Source: a candidate division WOR-3 bacterium
Lineage (GTDB): Bacteria; Hydrothermota; Tepidihabitantia; Tepidihabitantales; Tepidihabitantaceae
DNA length: 64,000 bases
Direction: 5' to 3'
Assembly (NCBI GenBank): GCA_965648905.1
Contig: CBFGIT010000013.1
Span: 17,108-81,107, forward strand
A model generated the notes under the pieces. The model was not told the origin of the DNA and did not search any database. It worked only from the letters and a program-made list of their open reading frames with translations. This document shows, piece after piece, positions 38,511 to 46,994 of this stretch (positions are counted from its first letter, which is position 1; each line of letters starts with the position of its first letter). Made by a program: the position numbers and the translations under genes.

Positions 38511-39063
38511 GTTGCTAGTGTTTAGCCTTGTGACGTGGTCGTCACCGATTCCCACAGGGTTTCTCGTTCCCCGTGGTACTTGGGATACGCTCCAGGAGAG
38601 TCGTCGCCTTCTGCCTACCGGACTGTCACCGTCTCTGGTACTCCTTTCCAGGTGGTTTCGACTAGGCAACGACCTTTCTGACTCCTCCACCGCACGGCAG
38701 TAGGTGAGGAACGTCCCGCGACACCGCTCCAGCAACGCCTGCCGGCTTGACACTGGAATCGGTTTAGGCTCATCCCTGTTCGCTCGCCACTACTGAGGGA
38801 CTCGAGGTTTCTTTCTTCTCCTCCGGTTACTGAGATGTTTCACTTCGCCGGGTTCGCTTCCCGCGGCTATGGATTCACCACGGGATGTACGGACATTACT
38901 CCGTACGGGTTGCCCCATTCGGGAATCGCCGGGTCAAAGCTTGTGTGCAGCTCTCCGACGCTTATCGCAGCTTACCACGCCCTTCATCGCCTGCAACTGC
39001 CAAGGCATTCACCATGCGCTCTTAGTAGCTTGAGATGAATATCAGCCTGCCTCTTCTCCAAAT

Positions 39064-39076
39064 TGTCAAAGAGCAA
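39064..39076 (-). promoter_or_regulatory. rRNA leader boxA-like antitermination sequence
   Basis: Minus strand TGCTCTTTGACAA just upstream of the 23S processing stem. Confidence 0.7.
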
Positions 39077-39106
39077 ATTGTCTTGTAGGGATTGGCCTAC
39101 GACTAC

Positions 39107-39134
39107 AGTGTAGTCAACCTACGCGCAAAGTCAA
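39107..39134 (-). promoter_or_regulatory. Dedicated promoter of the 23S-5S unit
   Basis: TTGACT-N16-TACACT about 70 nt upstream of the 23S 5' end. Confidence 0.7.
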
Positions 39135-39194
39135 GCTGGAATTATACTGACCCCGGCCCGAATGGCAAGCCCGGAAGCCAATTCGCCTCATGCG

Positions 39195-39223
39195 CGTAAG
39201 TCACTGCTCAAACTGAACTTCGG
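39195..39223. promoter_or_regulatory. N15-spaced palindrome upstream of the ERCC4 gene
   Basis: CGTAAGT-N15-ACTTCGG. Confidence 0.5.
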
Positions 39224-39325
39224 AACCGCCGCCGCCCGAGCCCTGGTCTGACATGACCAGGGGGTTCGAGCATTGCGCTTCGGCGCGGCTTGACCCCGGC
39301 TGATGCGCCTCTATGCTTTCTGGCC

Positions 39326-40204
39326 ATGACCACCGACTCAGAGCCCGCGCTGCGCTGGCTCATCTACGCCCAGGACAACGACCGGTTCCCTTTTCGGCTG
39401 CTCATCGAACAGAAACCAGGGCACTTCCTTGCCTTCGACGTCCAGGACAAGTGGCCCGGCCCGGGTCGAAGCGTTTTCTGCATTGCCCGTCCCGGGATGG
39501 AAGAAGCTGACCTGCCCGGCGGCGTCGAACCGGTTGATGCCTGCTTTGTCAAGACTATCCAGACCTTTGGCCGCAAACTTACGGTCATTCTCGACCGCAA
39601 GACCCGCAAACGCTCCTGGTTCATCTCAGTCGAGCGAGCGTCCAAAACCAAACCCGGCAAAGTCTACCAGCAGACCTTCTGGATTACTCAGTCATCAGCA
39701 TCAGCCCGCCGCGGCGGAGCCTACCTCTCAAGACGGGGCAAGGATTCCGACCTTGCGATTGTCCGTGACGCCCGCGAACGCTACGGCTACCGCTTTCCCG
39801 ACCACCAGGTCGAAGAGATTGAACTTGAAGCCGGTGACTACGCGCTCAAGAACGAGCGGGGTGAAGTCATTGCCGCAGTCGAACGCAAGACCCGCGAACA
39901 GTTCCTTGCCGACATCGCCACCCTCGAAGTCATCAAAGCCCGCCTGCTCGAGATGGCCACCCGCTACCGCCACAGCGCAATGGTCATCGAGACCGACTAC
40001 GCCCGCCTGGTCGACCCGAAAAAGAGCCGGTTCTACTCAGCCGGCCTGGTGGCCGACGTCATTGCCGAGCTCCATGCCGGCTTCCCTTCGGTCCAGATTG
40101 TCTTCTGCTCCAACCGCAAGTTCGCCCGTGAATGGGTCGAACGCTACTTCACCCGCATCGCCCGGCTCGAACAGCCGCCTGAGACCACCGGCGACCGACC
40201 CTGA
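39326..40204 (+). CDS. ERCC4-domain nuclease
   Basis: IVRDARE.Y.Y, L.AGDY, AAVERKT, VIE motifs of ERCC4/XPF nucleases; TTGACC-N16-TATGCT 8 nt before the ATG. Confidence 0.85.
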   Translation: MTTDSEPALRWLIYAQDNDRFPFRLLIEQKPGHFLAFDVQDKWPGPGRSVFCIARPGMEEADLPGGVEPVDACFVKTIQTFGRKLTVILDRKTRKRSWFISVERASKTKPGKVYQQTFWITQSSASARRGGAYLSRRGKDSDLAIVRDARERYGYRFPDHQVEEIELEAGDYALKNERGEVIAAVERKTREQFLADIATLEVIKARLLEMATRYRHSAMVIETDYARLVDPKKSRFYSAGLVADVIAELHAGFPSVQIVFCSNRKFAREWVERYFTRIARLEQPPETTGDRP

Positions 40205-40229
40205 CGTCGCACCTGTTTGGGAATCCGAC

Positions 40230-40568
40230 AGGTAAGAACCAGACCTGCAACCGAACCTGAAACCTGGGCAAGCACCGAAACAACTGCCCGCTCAAACGCG
40301 CATTCACTCGCACCGATGACTGCTCAGCAATCCGGCCAATCTGCCGCTTCAGTCCGCGCTCACGGCTTGGCTGGCAGCATGGCTCAAGACACCACTTGAG
40401 CCAGCGCCCGAACAAGCGCGTGCGGGATCACACGCGGTATCATGCGCGGCAAGACCAGGACCAGCACCCGCTTAGCCGCGCTTCCAATCGCGCATTCAGA
40501 TACCCCTTGGGGTACGGCCTCTCCCTGACCCAGGTGCTCTGTAACTCATCGCCAATGCGAGTCTTACG
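40230..40568 (-). repeat. Non-coding dispersed element B
   Basis: TGTAACT-N15-TCTTACG at 40540-40568; 12-bp periodicity; colinear with element A. Confidence 0.7.
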
Positions 40569-40622
40569 TCTTGGTAGCGGCTCAGACAAGCTCTACTGAC
40601 AGCCTGCGGCCCAGGTCCAACT

Positions 40623-40971
40623 GCTAACACATTGACGAACAATGAGTTGCGCACGCATGCCGGCCTTAGGACCCTTGTTCAGGCATGTCTGGTAGGCGGT
40701 TCCCAAGAGCATTCCCATTGTTGCTGCGGTTGGGACGGCCAGTGTCCCTGTTCAGTTCGATCATCTCGGCAATCCAGAAGACATGCTGCGCGGGACGAGC
40801 GCAGTGCAACCTGGCGGCAATAGCCTGTGCATGGCGGCCGAAGCAAACCATCTGGTGCCAGCCGGCACGACCGCCATCACTTCAGGCGGCACGAACACCA
40901 GCACGACCACCGGCGCGTCGCAATGCACAACGACGAGCACTACTCAAAGCGCAGCGAGCAGCCTTGCAAAC
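40623..40971 (+). repeat. Non-coding dispersed element C with a clear 12-bp tandem array
   Basis: GCTAACA-N15-AGTTGCG at 40623-40651; nine consecutive 12-mers at 40864-40971 (ggcacgaccgcc, atcacttcaggc, ggcacgaacacc, agcacgaccacc...). Confidence 0.65.
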
Positions 40972-41094
40972 ATGGACTCCAATTCCCGATTTGCAAGGAT
41001 GACATTGACGCTCAATTCTCCCCGCTCGTCTCTTTCTCTCTTCCTTTTGCCCCAGGCTCTGTCACAGGAGACCTCGGACCTCATCCAACCTCCT

Positions 41095-41703
41095 CTACTT
41101 CCAGGTGACGACCAGGTCGCGGTCTGGATAGAAGCGCGAACGGGTGATGAAGTAGGTTGTCGTGGACTCGGTCCGCGCCATGCTGTCCGGCCTGAAACTG
41201 AGCTCAACGCCCTGGAACGAAGCTGGGACCGTGACGCGGAATTGAGCAAGGTCAATGGGCCGGCGCCACTTGCGGGTCGAGGTGACGATGTAGCGGGCTG
41301 AGTTCGTCTTCAGAGGCTGGCGATACCAGGCGAAGAAGGAGTCCTCGGCTCCGGGCTGAAACTTCATGCGGAAAGAGACGCCGGAGTCAGCCCGGGTGAA
41401 CCGGTGTCCGGGAAGCTCGACAGAATCTGGATAGAGATGGGTCGAGTCAATCGGGAACGGGTAGAAGATACCGGCAACAAGCGGGCTCGGCGCGGTGCAG
41501 GTGAAGTGATACATGCCGCCTACGTCAAGGGTTCCAGGCCGCACGTGCAGGGCAACCTCCTCGCGGGCAAAGTGAATCGGCCCGGCTGGCTCGGGCTTGT
41601 TACAGCCAGTGGTTGGCAGAGAAACCAACAACCAGCAGGCGAGCAGAACGCTGCGCGTTGAGCGACGCGTGATGAGCGGAGCAGAAGAACTGAGACCGCG
41701 CAT
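41095..41703 (-). CDS. Hypothetical lipoprotein (DUF4424-like)
   Basis: Hydrophobic leader ending TTGC; I.F..E.V, I.YPFP, RYI.T....W..PI..A.F motifs; promoter 8 nt upstream of ATG 41703. Confidence 0.7.
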   Translation of the reverse strand: MRGLSSSAPLITRRSTRSVLLACWLLVSLPTTGCNKPEPAGPIHFAREEVALHVRPGTLDVGGMYHFTCTAPSPLVAGIFYPFPIDSTHLYPDSVELPGHRFTRADSGVSFRMKFQPGAEDSFFAWYRQPLKTNSARYIVTSTRKWRRPIDLAQFRVTVPASFQGVELSFRPDSMARTESTTTYFITRSRFYPDRDLVVTWK

Positions 41704-41837
41704 GTCCTGTGAAGATAGGCACAACCCGGCAGTTGTCAACTCTGCTTGAGCATTCCGAGGTCTGCGGATGAGCTACGGTCACCCTTGATACCGCCCCCGA
41801 CTGCGGCTATAGTGTGCGTCGGCCGATTGACCCGAAG

Positions 41838-44800
41838 ATGGCACTTGATGTATTCCGGTTCTGTAAGGACGTAGTTAGCGACTACGCGTCCTATGTCGGT
41901 GGCTTCCTGGCCATCCGGGACCCGAGAATCGTCGAGTGTGTCAGGCAGTCGCTGGCTGCCGGCACACTCTGGCCTGAACCGCTAGTTCAGGTCAACCCTG
42001 CTTTTGAGTCAGGCGGGACCGTGGAGGCGCTCTGTCAAGAAGGGCTGCTACACCCCACCTGCGCAAGGATATTCCGCCGCAACAATCGCACGTTCACCCT
42101 CTACCGCCATCAGGAAGAGGCGATCCGTCACGTTATCGCCGGCGGCAACGTCGTACTCACGTCAGGGACTGGTTCGGGCAAGAGTCTCGCCTATCTCATT
42201 CCGATCTTCGACTACATTCTGAAGAACCACGCGCCGCAGCCGCAGGTGCGTGCCATTATCGTCTATCCGATGAACGCGCTCGTGAACTCACAGCAATCGG
42301 CAATCGACGACCTGCTCAGTAACTTCGGAACCGGCCGGCCACCCATTGTCGTGAAGACCTACACCGGGCAGCAGTCATGGGAAGAGAAGAAAGAGATCCG
42401 GGCCAAACCGCCTGATGTCATCCTGACCAACTACGTGATGCTCGAGTACATGCTGGCGCGGCCCGAAGAACGCTGCTTCACCGACCGGAGTACGGCCGAC
42501 CTGCGCTTCTTTGTTCTTGATGAACTGCACACGTATCGCGGCCGTCAGGGTGCTGATGTAGCACTGCTGATTCGTCGCCTGCGTGAGCGCGCCGGCCGTC
42601 CGACCCTCCGGTGCATCGGCACCAGCGCAACGCTCGCTTCCGGAGGTAGTCGACAGGAGCGCCGCACCGCCATTGCTGAGTCGGCCACAGAGCTCTTCGG
42701 GGTCCGGTTCAATCCGGATGACGTGGTTGAGGAAACACTGCGCCGCTCGTGCGACCCAACCGTCGACACCAGTCAAGCGTCACTTGCCCGTGCGGTCCTG
42801 AACCCGCCGGGCCCAGGTGCCAAGGCCAGCGACCTGGCAGCGCATCCATTGGTTGCCTGGATTGAGACTACGCTCGGTCTGCAAGAAGAAGACGGTGTCC
42901 TGCGCCGTCGTCCGCCGGTCACGTTGCAGACGGCCGCAAACCTGCTCGCCGAGGCCAGCGGGCTTGGTGTCGAGCAGGTAACCGAGCCGCTGAAGCAGAC
43001 CCTGTTGATTTGTGGAACCGCGGCGCCGGGTTCGGCCGAGCCGTTCTTAGCGATGAAGCTCCATCAATTCATCGCCCAAGGCGACTCAGCCTATGCCACC
43101 CTCGAACCAACTGACCAGCGGCTCATCACCTTGGACGCAGGCTACCGAGCGCCCGGGGAAGACCACGAACGGCTACTCTACCCGATTAGCTTCTGCCGTG
43201 AGTGTGGGCAGGAGTACTACCTGGCCGACTTCGACGAAGCCCGGCAGACGCTCCTGCCGCGCCCGACCGACGCGCCCAGGCGGCTGCCAGATGACCCGGT
43301 GCGTGATGGCTACTTTCTGGTGGATTCTGACCCGGCAAACCCAATATGGAGTGAGGAGCACGAGGACAGTCTGCCTGACTACTGGTTCCGCCCGACACGC
43401 AATGGCCGAGCGATTCAGTCACAGCACAAGTCCAAACTGCCCAAGCGTCTAGTGTGCCAGGCCGATGGTGCCGTGGTCTCAAGTCCGGGTCCGGAAACCG
43501 TGCAAGGTTGGTTCCTGCCGAGGCCGTTTCCGGTCTGCCTGTTCTGCGGCGTTGCCTACACAGGCCGAGACAGGAACGACTTCAAGAAACTCGCCAGCCT
43601 CAGCAGCGAAGGCCGCAGTACCGCGACAACGGTACTGACGATTGCGGCCCTCTCGCGCATGCGCGATGCCGGCCTTCCGGATACGGCCCGCAAGCTGCTC
43701 AGTTTCACGGACAATGTGCAGGATGCTTCGCTCCAGGCCGGCCACCTCAATGACTTTGTGAACGTCGCCCTACTGCGTTCAGCACTCTGGCGGGCGCTTG
43801 ACGCGGCCCCGAGCCACCGGCTCGACCACGCAAGCATCGTGCCGCAGGTCACCGCCGCTCTCAACTTGCCTCAGGAGGAATACGCCAAAGAGGTCGGCCG
43901 GACCGACTCGGCCGAACGCTACAACCGTGAGACACTTGAACGACTGGTCGAACACTACGTACTGACCGACCTGCGCCGAGGCTGGCGTGTCATCCAGCCC
44001 AACCTTGAGCAATGCGGTTTGCTCAGCATCGAATACCGTGGCCTGCGCGAGCTGTGCGAGGACGAATCCCAGTGGCAGTCGCACGCAATACTGGCCCGCT
44101 GTCCGGCAGGGCAACGCCAGAAGGCTGTACGTGGATTCCTCGACCATCTTCGACGTGAGTTGGCCTTGGACGCCACTTGTCTGTCCGAGAACGGCCAGAA
44201 GGAGATGAAGCGCCGCGTCATGGCCGCTCTCAAGGAACCGTGGACGTTCGACGACGACGAATACCTCCGGCCGGCGACTCGCTTCAGTCTGTCGGACGAC
44301 GCACCGCGTTCCCGCGGCACAAGTCTCGGTCCACGTAGTGTCATTGGTCGCTACCTGCGCAACCCGGCGACATGGCCCGGCATCACCGGAAAGCTGAGCG
44401 AGGCGGACTACCCGTCGCTGCTACAGGCCCTGATTGCCGCCCTCCGCGGAGCCGGCCTGCTCGTCCTGCTTGAAGACCGAGGTCTTGAGTACGTGCAGCT
44501 CCGAGCTGATTCCCTGTTCTGGGTCCAGGGTTCTGGTCAGGCACCTGAGCCTGATCCGGTGCGAAGCCTGTGGGTCGAGACCCCGCGCTCTTCTGAGGTT
44601 GAACGCCGGGTGAACGCGTACTTCCAGGACTTCTACCGTCGGCCGGTCGAGGACCTGCGTGGGATTCTCGGCCGGGAGCACACAGGTCATACCGACAAGC
44701 AGGTCCGTGAGGAACGGGAACAGGACTTCCGCAAAGGTCGTCTGCCGTGCATCTACTGCACCCCGACGATGGAACTGGGAATCGACATCGCCGAGCTCAA

Positions 44801-46985
44801 CCTGGTTCACATGCGCAATATCCCGCCGTCCCCGACCAACTATGCTCAGCGCAGTGGCCGGGCTGGACGAGAGAAGCAGCCCGCGCTCGTGCTCGCGTAC
44901 TGCGCCCGCCGGAGCGGTCATGACCAGTACTTTTTCCGACGTCGGGACCAGATGGTTGCCGGTGCCGTATCTCCACCGCGGTTCGACCTGGGCAATGAGG
45001 ACCTCGTCCGAGCTCACGTCCACGCAACCTGGTTGGCCAAGACCGGTGTCTCGCTCGGCGATTCGATGCTCGACGTACTGGATACCGCTTCCACCAGTGC
45101 GCGCCATCCGCTCAAGCCGGAAATCCGCCATCAGGTATCCTTGTCGCCGGCGCGGTTGGCCGAGTGTGTCGCCGAGCTTAGGGCCATCCTTTTGTCCTGC
45201 CAAAGAGACCTTACCCGTGCCGGCTGGTACACCGATGCCTGGCTGGAAGCAGTCCTCACGAATGCGCCCAAGGCGCTCGATGAGGCGTTCAACCGCTGGC
45301 GCGACCTGTACGACGTTGCTCAGCGCCAACTCGCCGAGGCGCGTGGAGTCCAGGATGATGCGTTTCGCACCAGGATTGCCAAAAAGGAGGTCGAGGAAGC
45401 CAAACGCCGCGAGGTCGAAGCCAGGCGACAACTGGAGCTGCTCTGCAATCAGACGCGTAGGTCCGAGGAGTCGGACTTCTACCCATACCGGTACTTGGCG
45501 AGTGAGGGCTTCCTGCCCGGCTACAGTTTCCCACGACTTCCCATCCGCGCCTACGTTGACTCAGGAGTTGACCGGCAGACCTACCTGAACCGAGCCCGAT
45601 TGCTGGCAATTCGCGAGTATGGGCCTCAGAACGTCATCTACCACGAGGGACGCAAGTTCCAGGTGACGCGCAGCCTGTTACCCCCGCGCGAGACGCCGGA
45701 CCGGTTCGTTTCGGCCAAGCTATGTAGGGAGTGCGGCTACTGTTTGAGCGGTGACCATTGCCACGACGACCAATGCCCGAACTGCAACACAACGCTCGAC
45801 GGGCAGACCTCGGAATATGTTCAGGACCTGTTCGAGATGTCGTCGGTCTCCACCTGGCGCCGGGAGCGCATCAACTGTGACGAGGAAGACCGTTTCCGGC
45901 AGGGTTACAGGTTGACCGTTCACTACCGTTTCGCCCCGGCTGGGGCTGACCTGCGCCGTTCCTGCGCCGTGGTCCACGACCGCGCCGACCTGCCGTTGCT
46001 CCGGCTGACATTCTCAAATGCCGCCGAAATCTGGTGCATCAACCACGGCTGGCGTAGCGCCTCCGCGCCCGGGTTCACCATGAACACGGTGACCGGTGAT
46101 TGGGGCCGCAGGCCAGGTGAAGACGAAGAGCTCGAGGAGCAGATTCGACTCGACCCGGAAACGACGCGCTCGGGCATCCGGGTGTTTGTCCGCGACTACC
46201 GCAACCTGCTTATCGTGACACCGGACCCGCAACTGTCCCTGAACGAACAGAAGCTCGTCTCGCTGCAGTACGCCTTGAGCCGGGGCATCGAGGCCGAGTT
46301 CGAGGTAGAGGAGCGGGAGTTGGCCTCGTGTCTGGTCGGCAGGAACAAGCAGCGGGGAATCATGCTCTATGAGGCGGCTGAGGGTGGTGCGGGCGTACTG
46401 GAACGTCTGGTTGCCGACCCTGGGGCGATGCGACGAGTCGCCCAAAAGGCATTGGAGGTCTGCCACTTTGACCCTCAGTCTGGAGATGACCAGAAGGCTG
46501 GTGAGTGCCCGGCTGCCTGCTACGACTGCCTGTTGTCGTACACCAATCAGACCGAGCACCCCATTCTCGACCGGCATCTTGTCCGGGACCTCCTCGTGGC
46601 TCTCACCGGCTCGACGACCAAACAACAGCATCGCCGTCGCTCGTACGAAGAGCACTATCAGTGGTTGCAGCAACTTACCGACGCTGGTTCCGAACTGGAG
46701 CGCAGATTCCTCAACTACCTGTACCAGAACAGGCTGACCCTGCCCGACGATGCTCAGGTGAAGCTGGCTGACTATTATGCTCAACCAGACTTCTACTACG
46801 AGAAGTCAAGAGCAGTTGTCTTCTGTGACGGCACGGTTCACGACCAACCCGAGCAGCAAGCGCTCGACCGCAGGATTCGCTCCGACCTTGCCCGGCTCGG
46901 TTACCGGGTTGTTGTCATCCGCTATGATTCTGACCTGGGTGAGCAGGTGGCCAAGTACCCGGACATATTCGGCACCGGCCGCTAG
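41838..46985 (+). CDS. Large DEAD/DEAH helicase with Zn ribbons, DUF1998 and C-terminal DUF559-like endonuclease domain (DruE/DrmB-related)
   Basis: GTGSGKS, YPMNAL.NSQ, DELH.Y.G.QG, SATL, TMELGIDI, QRSGRAGR, EGGAG, C...CYDCL; C-terminal PDF.Y....VF.DG..HD. Confidence 0.92.
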   Translation: MALDVFRFCKDVVSDYASYVGGFLAIRDPRIVECVRQSLAAGTLWPEPLVQVNPAFESGGTVEALCQEGLLHPTCARIFRRNNRTFTLYRHQEEAIRHVIAGGNVVLTSGTGSGKSLAYLIPIFDYILKNHAPQPQVRAIIVYPMNALVNSQQSAIDDLLSNFGTGRPPIVVKTYTGQQSWEEKKEIRAKPPDVILTNYVMLEYMLARPEERCFTDRSTADLRFFVLDELHTYRGRQGADVALLIRRLRERAGRPTLRCIGTSATLASGGSRQERRTAIAESATELFGVRFNPDDVVEETLRRSCDPTVDTSQASLARAVLNPPGPGAKASDLAAHPLVAWIETTLGLQEEDGVLRRRPPVTLQTAANLLAEASGLGVEQVTEPLKQTLLICGTAAPGSAEPFLAMKLHQFIAQGDSAYATLEPTDQRLITLDAGYRAPGEDHERLLYPISFCRECGQEYYLADFDEARQTLLPRPTDAPRRLPDDPVRDGYFLVDSDPANPIWSEEHEDSLPDYWFRPTRNGRAIQSQHKSKLPKRLVCQADGAVVSSPGPETVQGWFLPRPFPVCLFCGVAYTGRDRNDFKKLASLSSEGRSTATTVLTIAALSRMRDAGLPDTARKLLSFTDNVQDASLQAGHLNDFVNVALLRSALWRALDAAPSHRLDHASIVPQVTAALNLPQEEYAKEVGRTDSAERYNRETLERLVEHYVLTDLRRGWRVIQPNLEQCGLLSIEYRGLRELCEDESQWQSHAILARCPAGQRQKAVRGFLDHLRRELALDATCLSENGQKEMKRRVMAALKEPWTFDDDEYLRPATRFSLSDDAPRSRGTSLGPRSVIGRYLRNPATWPGITGKLSEADYPSLLQALIAALRGAGLLVLLEDRGLEYVQLRADSLFWVQGSGQAPEPDPVRSLWVETPRSSEVERRVNAYFQDFYRRPVEDLRGILGREHTGHTDKQVREEREQDFRKGRLPCIYCTPTMELGIDIAELNLVHMRNIPPSPTNYAQRSGRAGREKQPALVLAYCARRSGHDQYFFRRRDQMVAGAVSPPRFDLGNEDLVRAHVHATWLAKTGVSLGDSMLDVLDTASTSARHPLKPEIRHQVSLSPARLAECVAELRAILLSCQRDLTRAGWYTDAWLEAVLTNAPKALDEAFNRWRDLYDVAQRQLAEARGVQDDAFRTRIAKKEVEEAKRREVEARRQLELLCNQTRRSEESDFYPYRYLASEGFLPGYSFPRLPIRAYVDSGVDRQTYLNRARLLAIREYGPQNVIYHEGRKFQVTRSLLPPRETPDRFVSAKLCRECGYCLSGDHCHDDQCPNCNTTLDGQTSEYVQDLFEMSSVSTWRRERINCDEEDRFRQGYRLTVHYRFAPAGADLRRSCAVVHDRADLPLLRLTFSNAAEIWCINHGWRSASAPGFTMNTVTGDWGRRPGEDEELEEQIRLDPETTRSGIRVFVRDYRNLLIVTPDPQLSLNEQKLVSLQYALSRGIEAEFEVEERELASCLVGRNKQRGIMLYEAAEGGAGVLERLVADPGAMRRVAQKALEVCHFDPQSGDDQKAGECPAACYDCLLSYTNQTEHPILDRHLVRDLLVALTGSTTKQQHRRRSYEEHYQWLQQLTDAGSELERRFLNYLYQNRLTLPDDAQVKLADYYAQPDFYYEKSRAVVFCDGTVHDQPEQQALDRRIRSDLARLGYRVVVIRYDSDLGEQVAKYPDIFGTGR

Positions 46986-46994
46986 CAGACCATC

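Noticed and set aside
40230..40971. CRISPR or TIGR array interpretation of the periodic tracts
   Set aside because: No identical repeats with unique spacers, no clear box C/D 36-nt units, and no cas or Nop-domain gene in the window
40783..41301. Thr/Ser-rich ORF over array C as a real gene
   Set aside because: Overlaps the 41095-41703 gene on the other strand, lacks an RBS, and comparable frames in A and B contain stops
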